Source: Methylophaga sp.
GTDB taxonomy: Bacteria > Pseudomonadota > Gammaproteobacteria > Nitrosococcales > Methylophagaceae
Length of the DNA stretch: 64,000 nt
Direction of reading: 5' to 3'
NCBI GenBank assembly: GCA_002733505.1
Contig: NVVW01000001.1
Coordinates: 88,200 to 152,199 of the forward strand
In this document: positions 42,708 to 53,352 of the stretch, one piece after another
Layout of the letters: every line of letters starts with the position of its first letter
How positions within the stretch are numbered: the stretch's first letter is position 1
The notes under the pieces: generated by a model
The model's input: only the letters and a program-made list of their open reading frames with translations
Told to the model about the DNA's origin: nothing
Databases searched by the model: none
Program-made: the position numbers and the translations under genes

Positions 42708-45260
42708 CTAACCAGCAGTATTATTACCTGCCAAATCAACTGTAACAGCCTTAGCTACCGCTTTATTTAAGGCTGTTACAGTATTATTGTATATCATCTT
42801 AATATCCTCACTTAATTGAAGCATCTTTTCTGTTCCAATATCATAAGGCTTATAGGACTCTCCTTGACGGCATATATCTACCAGTTTAGTTGCGCCCAAC
42901 TCAGCTGCCGATCCTTTTAGCGCGTGCAGCGATTCGCGTATTTGAAGATAATCGTCATCAATCGCATTGTCAATTCTGGCTATTTGTTTTTCACCATCAA
43001 ATATAAAACCTTTAATTAATTTTGCAATAAAAGCCGGATCAGTGTCCAACATAATTAATGACTGGAATATATTTTCATCAAACCACTCTCCTTCTACGGC
43101 ACGTTTCTCTTCCCCAGTTATATTAACTGGAAGCCGTGCTACCTTCTGCTGACCTACTTCTTTACCTTTGCTAGATGTTGATAATTTTGCAATTTTTACT
43201 AATAATTCTTTTGAATCAAGCGGCTTAGTTAAAAATTCATCTACGCCTGCATCAAGGCTTGCTTGTCTTGCTTCAGGTGTCGCATCTGCGGTGAGCATAA
43301 TGGTTGGGATCTGTTGCTCAGCACTCATATATTGCATCGCTAAGACCACTTCATCACCTGAACGTCCTGGCATGTTCTTATCAACAATGAGTAAATCAAT
43401 TTTTTCAATGTCTGCTTCTAAAATATCCAGCGCTTTTTCACCATCATCTGTAAGAATGACTGAATGGCCTGCTCGCCTTAATATTCCATCAATAACTTTT
43501 TGATTTACTAAATTATCTTCTGCGACAAGAATAGTTAAAGGTTTAGCCCCTATTTGTCTTGCATAATGCTCTGAAAGAGAAACGACATTTTCTGCATTTG
43601 AGTGAATGCTTTGTGCGGCATGAATAGCATTAAATAATAAGCGTTTGTCAAGAATGTCAGTAATCACTGATATATAATGCTCACCTATATCTTCTTCTAA
43701 CAAGTTATCACCGCGATTATTTAACAATACCCATGAAATATTATTTAATAACTGTTCTACTTTAAGCATTTCTGAGAACTGTTTGGGTGTAAAATCAGCC
43801 AAACATTGTCGTTCGACCAAAACCACTTTATGCCCATCTCCTTGTTCAATAGCTTGACTCAATAATTTTAATGCGTTAACAGGCGAATTCACTTCATCAA
43901 ATTTTATTTTCCAACTTTCTAACATTGGTTTTAATTCTGCTGCTGTTTGCTCACCGGACATTACAAGTAGCTTATTATCAGAAATATCTAAGGAATCATA
44001 TGGAATAATGTTGAAAGGTAATTCAAACCAAAATGTTGAGCCCTTATACCGTTTACTTACTACGCCTATTTCTCCCCCCATTAATTCCACCAACTCTTTT
44101 GAGATTGTTGTTCCAAGACCGGTTCCGCCCTCTTTTGTCTGACCTACTTGAGTGAAATCATCAAACACACTATCAATCACATCCGTATCAATACCTATTC
44201 CGGTATCTTTTATTTCAAAACGTAGTTTCGTCGTAGCTTCATCATTGCTGAGGCTATAAAGATGTAGATTAACCGAGCCTTGTTGGGTGAATTTAATCGC
44301 ATTACCCACTAAATTAATCAAAACTTGTCTTATATGCGGCTGATCGCCTTCAAGCAAAAACGGCACGTTAGAATCAATTGTGCACGAAACAGTTAAGCCT
44401 TTGGTATTCCCTATTGGCCTCTGCAGTTCTAGAACCGAATTAACCAAGGCATGTAAATCTAAGCGTTTTTTGGTTATTTCAATCTTACCTGCTTCAATTT
44501 TGGAAATATCTAATACTTTTTCAATTAATCCAAGCAGTGTATGAGCGGATTTATGCATTGTATTGGCTAAATCAGACTGTTCACTATTCAAATCTGTTTC
44601 TCGCAACAAATCACCCAAACCAATTACGCCGTTAAGCGGTGTCCTTAATTCATGTGACATATTGGCTAAAAACCGGCTTTTAGCTTCATTTGCTTGCTTC
44701 GCCGTTTCTGTTGCCGCATGTAATTTCTTTATCAAGAAAGCGGCATATAAAGGTATTAATGCCAATAAGAACAATAAGCTGTGGGCAATGGCAATATTTT
44801 CAGATGTTTGCCAATATTCACCAAATTCAGTTGCGGTCACAAAACCAAACAGACCTATTGCTAACGATATATATAAATAATTAACACCAAATCGAAAACC
44901 ATTGCCCAGGATAACCCACAAATAAATACCGAAGAAATAAATACTTTCCGATCCAGCCATCATCATTGCAGATGACAAGGTTATGATATCTAACAAGATT
45001 CCTGCAATTCGACGAATAGGTGAAGAGACTGGCTCAATAAGAAGTGCTGCAGTAAGAACCATAGCACCACTATAAAACCATAGCATTGGTTTTGCCAGTG
45101 GCGAAACTATTCCTGCATCCGTCCAAGGAATAGAAAAATAGAGCACAAGGCACAGCCCGATTACTAATCGGATGATGATTTGTTCAGGCTCAGAGTCTTC
45201 AATATTTTTTACACGCTCTCGAAACCATGTCAAGCCTTTACTTTTGAACATAGCACTCAT
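42708..45260 (-). CDS. rpfC: RpfC-like hybrid sensor kinase (TM sensor, HisKA-HATPase, REC, HPt)
   Basis: 850 aa. Multi-TM N-terminus. H-box FLANMSHELRTPLNGV. HATPase motifs DTGIGI and GGTGLGTTISKELVELMGG. Receiver LLIVDKNMPGRSG. C-terminal HPt SLHALKGSAAELGA. Confidence 0.75.
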   Translation of the reverse strand: MSAMFKSKGLTWFRERVKNIEDSEPEQIIIRLVIGLCLVLYFSIPWTDAGIVSPLAKPMLWFYSGAMVLTAALLIEPVSSPIRRIAGILLDIITLSSAMMMAGSESIYFFGIYLWVILGNGFRFGVNYLYISLAIGLFGFVTATEFGEYWQTSENIAIAHSLLFLLALIPLYAAFLIKKLHAATETAKQANEAKSRFLANMSHELRTPLNGVIGLGDLLRETDLNSEQSDLANTMHKSAHTLLGLIEKVLDISKIEAGKIEITKKRLDLHALVNSVLELQRPIGNTKGLTVSCTIDSNVPFLLEGDQPHIRQVLINLVGNAIKFTQQGSVNLHLYSLSNDEATTKLRFEIKDTGIGIDTDVIDSVFDDFTQVGQTKEGGTGLGTTISKELVELMGGEIGVVSKRYKGSTFWFELPFNIIPYDSLDISDNKLLVMSGEQTAAELKPMLESWKIKFDEVNSPVNALKLLSQAIEQGDGHKVVLVERQCLADFTPKQFSEMLKVEQLLNNISWVLLNNRGDNLLEEDIGEHYISVITDILDKRLLFNAIHAAQSIHSNAENVVSLSEHYARQIGAKPLTILVAEDNLVNQKVIDGILRRAGHSVILTDDGEKALDILEADIEKIDLLIVDKNMPGRSGDEVVLAMQYMSAEQQIPTIMLTADATPEARQASLDAGVDEFLTKPLDSKELLVKIAKLSTSSKGKEVGQQKVARLPVNITGEEKRAVEGEWFDENIFQSLIMLDTDPAFIAKLIKGFIFDGEKQIARIDNAIDDDYLQIRESLHALKGSAAELGATKLVDICRQGESYKPYDIGTEKMLQLSEDIKMIYNNTVTALNKAVAKAVTVDLAGNNTAG

Positions 45261-45285
45261 TCGTTTCTTTCCTGTTCACTCTATT

Positions 45286-46470
45286 TTAGGAGCCTGGGTT
45301 ATCGGCATACTTACTTTCAATATTTTTTATTTTGTCGTATCGCTTTAAAAAAGCATCAACACATTCAGGATCGAAGTGCTTGCCTGATTGTTGTTTTAAA
45401 TAATCCAATGCTTCTTCTACCGGCCATGCCATTTTATACGGTCGCGCAGATATCAAAGCATCATACACATCGGCCACTGCAACAATTCGACCTATAAGCG
45501 GAATAGCTGCACCTTTTAAACCTTTTGGATAACCACTTCCGTCAAACTTCTCATGATGTGTCAGGGCAATAATGGCTCCCATTTGCATATATCTTGATTC
45601 ACTATCGACAAGAATATCATGACCTATTTCCGCATGTTGCTGCATTATTTCCCATTCTGCAGCATTAAGTTTTCTGGGTTTAAGCAGTATTCCATCAGGA
45701 ATTCCTATTTTGCCAATATCATGCATAGGAGCCGCATACTCAAGAAAATCACATTCCTCTTCTGATATACCTAATTCTTCTGCAATTTGACGTGAATATT
45801 TTGCCATTCTGATAACATGATTACCTGTTTCTTCATCACGATATTCACCCGCTTTCGCCAAACACAACAGTGTTTCCTTCTCACGCGCAATAATCTGCTC
45901 GGTTGCCAGTTCAACTTGCTGCGCCAACCATTGTGCTCGTTTTTGAATAATTGAGTGCTGCTCACTCAGTTTAAGCAGATTTCTACAGCTAGTTCTACAC
46001 TCGATATGATCAATGGGACGTGTTAAAAATGCGGTTGCCCCCGCTTCTAATGCGCTATACCGTACTGTTTTTTCATCCGCAATGGTTATCATCATAATGG
46101 GGATGTCTTGGCAACCTTCTCGGCCACGGATTTTTGTTATGAAATCAATACCATTCATATCTGGCATTCGATAATCAGTAACAATTAAATCAGGATGATT
46201 ACTATCTAACCATTCTAATGCATCAGCCGGGTGTTCAAATTCATGCAGTACAATATTACCCATCACCTGATGAAGAATTTTGCCCATAATCATCCTGCCC
46301 GTTGATTCATCATCAACGATAACTACATGTTTATTGAGATCAGGAACTTTCACTAAATTCCGACCTGTTGCGTAAGAGACATGATGTTCATTTATACTGT
46401 CTTTATATTTAATTAAAGCCATCTGAGCATTCTCTTTCCGTCGAATATATACATCCTTTAATATCGGCAC
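45286..46470 (-). CDS. rpfG: RpfG-like response regulator with HD-GYP c-di-GMP phosphodiesterase domain
   Basis: 394 aa. Receiver (VVIVDDEST...DLIVTDYRMPDMNG) plus HD-GYP (APMHDIGKIGIP...HHEKFDGSGYPKGL). The start codon is uncertain (GTG 46470 or ATG 46422). Confidence 0.8.
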   Translation of the reverse strand: MPILKDVYIRRKENAQMALIKYKDSINEHHVSYATGRNLVKVPDLNKHVVIVDDESTGRMIMGKILHQVMGNIVLHEFEHPADALEWLDSNHPDLIVTDYRMPDMNGIDFITKIRGREGCQDIPIMMITIADEKTVRYSALEAGATAFLTRPIDHIECRTSCRNLLKLSEQHSIIQKRAQWLAQQVELATEQIIAREKETLLCLAKAGEYRDEETGNHVIRMAKYSRQIAEELGISEEECDFLEYAAPMHDIGKIGIPDGILLKPRKLNAAEWEIMQQHAEIGHDILVDSESRYMQMGAIIALTHHEKFDGSGYPKGLKGAAIPLIGRIVAVADVYDALISARPYKMAWPVEEALDYLKQQSGKHFDPECVDAFLKRYDKIKNIESKYADNPGS

Positions 46471-46636
46471 TAAAGGCTCATATCTTTAGCTACCATCTTT
46501 ACTATAATTGTTAAACCTGAAAAATTACTTCGCAAACCACCACCAAAATCACACCTAAAATAATACTACCTTTGCAAGAAAAATAAAAGTAAAATTATTT
46601 ATAATCATTGATCTAGTAGCATATCTTAATTAATAA

Positions 46637-46802
46637 CTTAAGGAATATCTGCTCAAGTCTGGACGAAATAGCTTGCGTCAAAAATATTCAATTTTAAGGT
46701 GGAAAATGAAGGTAAAGCGCGCTATTGCAAAGTTTTTAACGTAGAAGCTGGATATTTTGAGCGTATGATATAAGTTCATGACTTGAGTAAAGCCTCCTTA
46801 AG
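46637..46802. mobile_element. MITE-like element, family 2 variant (about 166 bp)
   Basis: Ends CTTAAGGAATATCTGCTCAAGTC / GACTTGAGTAAAGCCTCCTTAAG are related to the 35345 copy and to a solo end at 40785-40806. Confidence 0.55.
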
Positions 46803-46826
46803 AGTGCATTCTTAAATATCAAACTA

Positions 46827-47645
46827 TTATTGCTTGTATTGTTCTATTCTATTAAATACTAAAAAATGCTTACCTTTAGCGCGTGCCACTAAACCAATTC
46901 CAATTTTTTGAGCAATACTCAACCCCATTTCTGTGATCCCAGAACGTGATAAAAGCAAGGGAACCTGCATCTGAGCAACTTTAATAACCATTTCAGATGT
47001 AAGCCTGCCTGTTGTATAAAATACCTTGTCAGCACCTGACACGTCATTCAATAACATCCAACCAGAAATGGCATCAACAGCATTGTGCCTACCCACATCC
47101 TCAACAAAAACCTGGACTTGACCTGAGTTTGAGCACAAAGCACAGCCATGTACCGCCCCAGCCTGTTTATATACTTTATTATATTCAGTTAGCCCAGCAA
47201 GCACTTGATAGATTGTATCTGCTGTAAAATCTGAGCATGTAATGGTCAGTTTCTCTAACGATGCCATCACATTACCAAACATGGTTCCCTGACCACAGCC
47301 ACTTGTCACTGTACGTTTTGATAAGATCTCGTCAATATCTAGCTGTTGCTGTTGCGTTGTTACCGCAACAGCCTCAACATCCCAATCGACCTGTATTGCA
47401 ATAATATTACTCAAAGATTGAATTAAACCCTGATTACGCAAATAACCCAGTGTCAACAGCTCTGGTTGACTGCCCATTGTCATCAACGTTACTATCTCTT
47501 TTTTATCAAGATATATCGTCAGCGGCCTTTCGCCCGTTAATGCGATTTCACGTGTTTCCCCATGCTCATCTACCACTTGGGTCGAATAAAGCGTATTAAT
47601 GCCTTCATTGGTCATTATTGGCCGAAAATCAGCCACCCGTAGCAC
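46827..47645 (-). CDS. fdhD: formate dehydrogenase accessory sulfurtransferase FdhD
   Basis: 272 aa. VTSGCGQG catalytic Cys loop and the VGRHNAVD motif. Confidence 0.85.
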   Translation of the reverse strand: MLRVADFRPIMTNEGINTLYSTQVVDEHGETREIALTGERPLTIYLDKKEIVTLMTMGSQPELLTLGYLRNQGLIQSLSNIIAIQVDWDVEAVAVTTQQQQLDIDEILSKRTVTSGCGQGTMFGNVMASLEKLTITCSDFTADTIYQVLAGLTEYNKVYKQAGAVHGCALCSNSGQVQVFVEDVGRHNAVDAISGWMLLNDVSGADKVFYTTGRLTSEMVIKVAQMQVPLLLSRSGITEMGLSIAQKIGIGLVARAKGKHFLVFNRIEQYKQ

Positions 47646-48636
47646 TCATATGTCTAAATATAATCGGCTGCTCACTAATATTAAAATTATGGCCTTCAGG
47701 TTTAATATCCATCGACTTAATAATCGCCTCTTTTAATCGTTCAATATCGCCAGGATAGCGGCGAATAATGCCTCGAAGATCGACAGAGTGTTCCTGACCT
47801 AAACACAGCAATAAGCGCCCTTCAGTTGTGACGCGTACACGATTACAGCTTTCACAAAAATTATGGCTATGAGGCGAAATGAAACCTATCTTACTTTGTG
47901 TGCCTGCTAGCTGATAGTATCGAGAAGGTCCACCAGTAACACTCGTGCTTCGGTGTAACTGAAAGCCTGTTTGTAGTATTGCTAACACTTCATCGCTAGA
48001 GCAAAAACTCTCGGCACGTTGATGGGTAACATGGCCTAACGGCATTTCTTCAATGTAAGAAATATCAAGATCATTGTGAATCGCAAAATTAGCAAGATCA
48101 ATAACTTCATCATCATTACGACCTTTCATAATGACCGCATTGAGCTTAACGCGCTTAAAACCCGCCTGTTTAGCAGCATCGATACCATCTAGAACAGTAT
48201 CCAAATTCCCTGTTCTGGTTAATGCCTTAAACCGCTCTTGCCTCAAGGAATCAAGGCTTATATTAATTCGGTCAACACCGGCCTCAGCTAATTTCACAGC
48301 ATATTTCCGCAACTGAGAGCCATTTGTTGTTAATGTTAACTCTTTCAGTACTGTTGTTTGTTTAAGCTTACCGATTTCAGCCATAAGCCAATCAACATTG
48401 CGTCTCACAAGAGGTTCACCGCCAGTGATCCGCACTTTCTCCACGCCTAATTCACAAAAAGCACGCAATAAAAATAGAATTTCTTCTAAAGTCAATACCT
48501 GTGCCCGCGGCATAAAGGTCATCTCTTCATCCATGCAATAGACACAACGAAAATCACAGCGATCTGTTATCGACATACGAACGTACGTTACTTTTCGACC
48601 AAAGCGGTCAATTAATTGGGGCTGATTTTCTAACAT
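47629..48636 (-). CDS. moaA: GTP 3',8-cyclase MoaA (radical SAM)
   Basis: ORF 47629-48708, trimmed to ATG 48636 (MLENQPQLIDRFGR). CDFRCVYC radical-SAM cluster, a C-terminal CxxCxRxR cluster and a GG tail. Confidence 0.9.
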   Translation of the reverse strand: MLENQPQLIDRFGRKVTYVRMSITDRCDFRCVYCMDEEMTFMPRAQVLTLEEILFLLRAFCELGVEKVRITGGEPLVRRNVDWLMAEIGKLKQTTVLKELTLTTNGSQLRKYAVKLAEAGVDRINISLDSLRQERFKALTRTGNLDTVLDGIDAAKQAGFKRVKLNAVIMKGRNDDEVIDLANFAIHNDLDISYIEEMPLGHVTHQRAESFCSSDEVLAILQTGFQLHRSTSVTGGPSRYYQLAGTQSKIGFISPHSHNFCESCNRVRVTTEGRLLLCLGQEHSVDLRGIIRRYPGDIERLKEAIIKSMDIKPEGHNFNISEQPIIFRHMSATGG

Positions 48637-48732
48637 AATCTTATAGATCGTACGCGCTCCATTTAAAAGTGCAAGCATAAATGATATTTCAGCTTGTTTT
48701 GTTACCACGATTCGCGTATTATTTCGCGTCTT

Positions 48733-48822
48733 GGAGAGTTGACAGAGCGGCCGAATGTACTGGTCTTGAAAACCAGCGTAGGTTTATCCCTACCCAGGGT
48801 TCGAATCCCTGACTCTCCGCCA
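48733..48822 (+). tRNA. tRNA-Ser (anticodon UGA)
   Basis: Manual cloverleaf. Acceptor GGAGAGT/ACTCTCC. Anticodon stem CTGGT/ACCAG with loop CTTGAAA (TGA). Long variable arm. T-arm CAGGG TTCGAAT CCCTG. Encoded GCCA end. Confidence 0.9.
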
Positions 48823-48830
48823 CAAACAAA

Positions 48831-48862
48831 AAGCTCGCTCCTCTTGGCGCGGGCTTTTTTAT
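48831..48862 (+). terminator. probable terminator after tRNA-Ser
   Basis: Imperfect GC-rich stem AAGCTCGC...GCGCGGGCTT followed by TTTTTT. Confidence 0.45.
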
Positions 48863-48933
48863 AATATCTTACAAATTTAAGCCAGTATGATCGCGAAGAG
48901 CACGGTCAAATAGCTTTATATTCCTGACCACGA

Positions 48934-49192
48934 TATATACCCAAAATACTTGAAGATGCAGATTTCAGAGCTTAGCACGAATGTCAGAGCAAGGCGCAAT
49001 GTGCAGGCACAAAAAATATGCTCCTCGGCAACTGCTCCTGCGTTGCTCTACTAAGTTACATCCATGTAACGATGCATTTTCTGCATACACTCCATCCATG
49101 GAGATAAATGACTTATTCTGCGTATTTATGCCTAGAATATAATGGCTTCTTCTCTTGCTGAAACCTGCACCTTTAAGTAATTTGGGTATATA
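48934..49192. mobile_element. MITE-like element, family 1 variant-2 termini (about 259 bp)
   Basis: Ends TATATACCCAAAATACTTGAAG / CTTTAAGTAATTTGGGTATATA. The interior has short perfect hairpins (GTTACATccATGTAAC, CTCCATccATGGAG) and shares an inverted segment (GTCAGAGCAAGGCG.AATG) with the 62854 copy. Confidence 0.65.
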
Positions 49193-49311
49193 ACCTTATA
49201 CTCACCTTCCAAATCACGTATAATTTAATAAAGCTTGATATCAAATTAATTGGAACTTAAAATACCCCCTCTAAGTCTTATTTATTACTTGCAATAACTA
49301 CGGAGATTTTC

Positions 49312-49974
49312 ATGCAATTAAATAGTACTGTTGTTCGTTCAGAAGAATCGATCTTTCAAACCAACAAAGTAATTAAAAATACTTATATGTTGTTATCAAT
49401 GACGCTATTTTTTAGTGCCATTACCGCATATCTCAGTATGGCTATGGGCACAGGCTTTGGCATGGCACTTGTTGCTAATATTGTTGCCATTGTGCTGTTG
49501 TGGTTTGTTTTACCTAAAGTAGCCAATTCTGCAACCGGCATCCCTGTTGTTTTTGCCTTTACCGGTTTGCTTGGTTTTGGTTTAGGGCCACTGCTTACTT
49601 ATTATCTCGCTATGGATCCTTCTGTAGTTATGACTGCAATGGGCGGCACCGGCGCTATTTTCATCGCACTATCAGGCTACGCCATTACCACTAAGAAAGA
49701 TTTTAGCTTTATGGGCGGATTTTTAGCGGTCGGTTTGTTTGTATTAATTGGTATAATGATTTTAAACATATTCTTGCAAATACCTATACTAGCACTGGCG
49801 TTAAGTGGTGGTATCGTGCTGGTGATGAGTGGTTTAATTTTATATCAAACATCCGCTATCATTAACGGTGGTGAAACAAACTATATTATGGCTACGGCTA
49901 GTCTGTTTTTATCTATATTGAACATATTCACTTCGCTATTGCATATCTTAGGTGCATTTTCGGGCAATGATTAA
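49312..49974 (+). CDS. BAX inhibitor-1/YccA-family membrane protein
   Basis: 220 aa, 7 predicted TM helices. The N-terminal VIKNTYMLLSMTLFFSAITAY pattern is typical of the family. Confidence 0.85.
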   Translation: MQLNSTVVRSEESIFQTNKVIKNTYMLLSMTLFFSAITAYLSMAMGTGFGMALVANIVAIVLLWFVLPKVANSATGIPVVFAFTGLLGFGLGPLLTYYLAMDPSVVMTAMGGTGAIFIALSGYAITTKKDFSFMGGFLAVGLFVLIGIMILNIFLQIPILALALSGGIVLVMSGLILYQTSAIINGGETNYIMATASLFLSILNIFTSLLHILGAFSGND

Positions 49975-50004
49975 GTTAGATAAACTCTAGCATTGAAAAA
50001 TAAT

Positions 50005-50040
50005 AAGCCGTTTTAGATTTATTCTAAAACGGCTTTTTTA
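50005..50040 (+). terminator. rho-independent terminator
   Basis: AAGCCGTTTTAG atttatt CTAAAACGGCTT followed by TTTT. Confidence 0.8.
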
Positions 50041-50052
50041 TAGGACATAAAT

Positions 50053-50232
50053 ATGGATTGGCTACAAATAACTCAGGCTCTGTTCTTAGCAGCTATGATG
50101 GTCTTTATTTTCCCAATGGTGAAACGGTCATTTAACAAACCAGGTGAATCTTCAGGAAAATGGGGTTCTATTGTTATGCCTTTAATTATAGTAATCGCTA
50201 TTGTTGCTCTGCTTATCAGCTTTGTACAATAA
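50053..50232 (+). CDS. possible 59-aa small membrane protein
   Basis: Below the ORF-track cutoff. AGGA lies 9 nt upstream of the ATG. Two hydrophobic helices (ITQALFLAAMMVFIFPMV; IVMPLIIVIAIVALLISFV). No family recognised. Confidence 0.35.
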   Translation: MDWLQITQALFLAAMMVFIFPMVKRSFNKPGESSGKWGSIVMPLIIVIAIVALLISFVQ

Positions 50233-50727
50233 TTAATTCCTCACTGATCTATCTTGAATAATTTGATAAATCACGCCATCACGAAAGATAATATAGTGCC
50301 TAAAGCGACCGTATTTTTTGAATGTCCATTTTTCCATTTCATAGCTTTCAAGTGATACATAATGATAACCATAATAACCCCGATGATGTACCTCAAATGA
50401 TTGTATATAGCGTTTTATAGCACTTGGCTTATTACTTAGGCCACAAGATTGGGTCACCTCATTTATAGTCATCTCAGCATGAAGTAAGCGATTACCGCAA
50501 CGGTATGAATCCACTATTTGCTGACCCTCAGACAATTTTATTTTTGCTAGTGGGATGGTTCTTTGAACTTCATCATAACAGTTAACTCGCGCCTGTTTAC
50601 CGTTCAAATAATCGCATGAATTAGAATATTCAATTGATGTTGATAATACGGTAGAAGACATTAGCAACAATCCTAAGCTAACTGCTGTTTTTTGTGTTTT
50701 TGTTGACCGTTTTTTACGTACACTCAT
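50233..50727 (-). CDS. hypothetical secreted protein (DUF2845-like C-terminus)
   Basis: 164 aa, signal peptide. Four Cys, and a C-terminal KWTFKKYGRFRHYIIFRDGVIYQI pattern. Confidence 0.45.
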   Translation of the reverse strand: MSVRKKRSTKTQKTAVSLGLLLMSSTVLSTSIEYSNSCDYLNGKQARVNCYDEVQRTIPLAKIKLSEGQQIVDSYRCGNRLLHAEMTINEVTQSCGLSNKPSAIKRYIQSFEVHHRGYYGYHYVSLESYEMEKWTFKKYGRFRHYIIFRDGVIYQIIQDRSVRN

Positions 50728-50757
50728 AATGAATGGACAAACAAAACCTAAATCCGT

Positions 50758-51729
50758 TCACGCGGCGCTAGCAATAAATGTCGCCCGAATCGGTGCTGGA
50801 TAACCTTCAATGGTTTTTGTAGGATCATTTGGATCGAGAAAATCAGCCAAAGACTCAAATGTCATCCAATCTGTTGCTCGCTGCTCTGCAATCGTGGTGG
50901 CATTACTTTCCACACAACGCACATTGTTAAAGCCACAGCGTCGCAACCATAATTTCATCGTTTCAATGGTGGGAAAGAACCAGACATTACGCATTTTTGC
51001 ATAACGGCCTTCTGGTACTAATACCTGACCTTGTTCACCCTCAATAATGAGTGTCTCTAGCACTAACTCACCTCCCGGTCGCAAGCAGGCACGTAGCTCA
51101 TAAAGGTGATCCAACGGTGAGCGGCGATGATAGAGGATCCCCATTGAAAACACGGTGTCAAAACAGGACAAATTATCAGGTAGATCTTCGATGCCTAATG
51201 GCAATACATAATGATTGCTATCACCAATATAACGTTGCATAACATGATATTGCATCACAAATACTAGGGTTGGATCGATGCCAATAACTAAATCAGCGCC
51301 CTGCCCCAACATCCGCCAGCCGTGATAGCCATTACCACCGCCAACATCCAGCACTTTTCGCCCCGTTAAAGGCTGAATATGAGGCAATATACGATCCCAT
51401 TTCCAATCGGAATGCCACTCTGTTTCAATTGTGATGCCTAATAAGTTATAAGGTCCTTTTCGCCATGGGTGAAACTGTTTAAGATTTTCTATAAAATCTG
51501 CTTTATCAGTATCACGCAGATCGCCAGCATCACCAATTACAACTTCATTTTCCAATTCAATACTCGTTGGCGTTGCTGCTGGTAATGCCGCTAGTGCTTG
51601 CTGCCATTGTTCCATTCTGCCATGACCATCGTCTGCTAATCGTTCAGCAACTATTTGTTTTATCTCTTCCGCCCAACCTGACAAGCCCAGATTATCTAGC
51701 TGTGGATATAATAAATCATACGGGCTCAC
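50758..51729 (-). CDS. cmoB: tRNA U34 carboxymethyltransferase CmoB
   Basis: 323 aa. SAM fold [11 protein letters not shown]. Overlaps the cmoA stop. Confidence 0.9.
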   Translation of the reverse strand: MSPYDLLYPQLDNLGLSGWAEEIKQIVAERLADDGHGRMEQWQQALAALPAATPTSIELENEVVIGDAGDLRDTDKADFIENLKQFHPWRKGPYNLLGITIETEWHSDWKWDRILPHIQPLTGRKVLDVGGGNGYHGWRMLGQGADLVIGIDPTLVFVMQYHVMQRYIGDSNHYVLPLGIEDLPDNLSCFDTVFSMGILYHRRSPLDHLYELRACLRPGGELVLETLIIEGEQGQVLVPEGRYAKMRNVWFFPTIETMKLWLRRCGFNNVRCVESNATTIAEQRATDWMTFESLADFLDPNDPTKTIEGYPAPIRATFIASAA

Positions 51730-52469
51730 TTTAGCGCCACCAGCGATATAAAATTAAAACATTGGAACCACATAGTGCTAGATGCAAAGCCAGCATCAGC
51801 CAAACGTTGTTGATGTGTTGCTAATGTTTCGGGGATCAGTACATTTTCTAACGCTGTCCGTTTTTGGCTGATCTCTAAATCGCTGTAGCCATTGGCACGT
51901 TTAAAATCATGATGACTTTCATTCAGAAAGCTATCCCTAGCCTCATCTTCAAAGCTAATCTTCTCCGATAAAATTAAAATTCCACCAGGTTTCAGCCCAT
52001 CATAAATACGTTTAATGAGTGCTGCTCGCTCGGCAAGCGGTATAAATTGCAAGGTGAAGTTCATCACCACAACCGAGGCATTTTCAATGCTGACATCTTC
52101 AATATCAGCACAGATAAGCGTAACCGGCACCCTCGATGATTGATCAGCATCAAATATCGTTTGAGCGCGATCGATCATTGCAGAAGAATTGTCGACAGCG
52201 ACAATAGTGCAGTTATCGTGTGTTATTTTCTGACGCATTGACAAACTTGCCGCACCTAATGAGCAACCTAAATCATAGCACTGACTATTTTGTTGCGCAT
52301 ATTTAGCAGCAAAAACACCAATCATGGAAATAATATTGCCATAGCTCGGCACGCTGCGTTGGATCATATCGGGAAAGACATCAACCACCCGTTCATCAAA
52401 ACTAAAATCAATCAGATCATCTAAGGCTGAAGCATAAATAGAATCTGCTTTACGCACGTTTTTGCTCAC
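51726..52469 (-). CDS. cmoA: carboxy-S-adenosyl-L-methionine synthase CmoA
   Basis: 247 aa. [23 protein letters not shown]-terminus and [13 protein letters not shown] motif. Confidence 0.9.
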   Translation of the reverse strand: MSKNVRKADSIYASALDDLIDFSFDERVVDVFPDMIQRSVPSYGNIISMIGVFAAKYAQQNSQCYDLGCSLGAASLSMRQKITHDNCTIVAVDNSSAMIDRAQTIFDADQSSRVPVTLICADIEDVSIENASVVVMNFTLQFIPLAERAALIKRIYDGLKPGGILILSEKISFEDEARDSFLNESHHDFKRANGYSDLEISQKRTALENVLIPETLATHQQRLADAGFASSTMWFQCFNFISLVALK

Positions 52470-53142
52470 CTTTTTTGTTAGCTACGTTATCACGTAAATA
52501 GACAGGCATCGCTTGTTCAGCAGGCAGTAAGCGCCCCGCAGCCGCCTCAATTTGGGCTAATTTAAGCACGCTACTCGCTAAGGGATACTGTTTTACACTG
52601 ACTTGCTCTAAATTGCCCGCAAAATTTTGACGTAATATCTCATCATATTCCCCCCAACCCGTGCCAATGCCCGTCCATTGTTGCTCACTCTCTGGCAGGT
52701 AATTCTCTGGCGGACACACTCGTTCAATGCCCACTAACGACACTATTCCTTGCTCTCGCCGATAACTCGCCGCATAAATCTCACCCATGCGTGCATCCAT
52801 AGCAACCGCTATATCGTCAATAGCTAACTCATCCGCCGCACCTTGTGCCACCGCCGCTAATGATGAAATGGCAATAACAGGAATATCTCTAGCAAACGCA
52901 ATACCTTGCGCCACACCCACAGCTATTCGAACACCGGTAAATGAACCCGGCCCACGCCCAAAAGCAATGACTTCGATTTCAGCAATAGTCGTTGCCGCTT
53001 GCTCAAAAAGCGCATCCATCAAGCCTAAAATCAAATCAGAATGACCACGTTGCGTCATTTCAACCCGCTCAAACAGCTGCCCTTGATATAACAAAGCCGC
53101 AGAGCAACATTCAGTACACGTATCTAAAGCAAGAATATTCAT
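52450..53142 (-). CDS. tsaB: tRNA t6A biosynthesis protein TsaB (YeaZ)
   Basis: 230 aa. ILALDTCTE...[22 protein letters not shown]. Confidence 0.85.
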   Translation of the reverse strand: MNILALDTCTECCSAALLYQGQLFERVEMTQRGHSDLILGLMDALFEQAATTIAEIEVIAFGRGPGSFTGVRIAVGVAQGIAFARDIPVIAISSLAAVAQGAADELAIDDIAVAMDARMGEIYAASYRREQGIVSLVGIERVCPPENYLPESEQQWTGIGTGWGEYDEILRQNFAGNLEQVSVKQYPLASSVLKLAQIEAAAGRLLPAEQAMPVYLRDNVANKKGEQKRA

Positions 53143-53352
53143 TTTGTAATTAATCTGTAAGTTAGCGATAATAAAGCATCATTATAATTCAAATTGTCTA
53201 CATTAAAGGAGATAATCGTGGGGTATATTATTGATGCTGTTTTTATCATGCGTGAGCTGCTATTACTGACTTTTGTAGTTACCACTTCAGCTATGGGTAT
53301 TATCGGTGGTCTGTTATTATTGGATAACAATAATTTGTAGGAGAATTCAATC

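Noticed and set aside
42967-45497. Plus-strand ORFs inside the rpfC-like and rpfG-like genes.
   Set aside because: They are antisense shadows with no RBS or domains.
48637-48732. Moco riboswitch upstream of moaA.
   Set aside because: Only about 95 bp are available before the divergent tRNA, and I see none of the conserved Moco-motif segments. The extended ORF start (48708) was also rejected in favour of ATG 48636.
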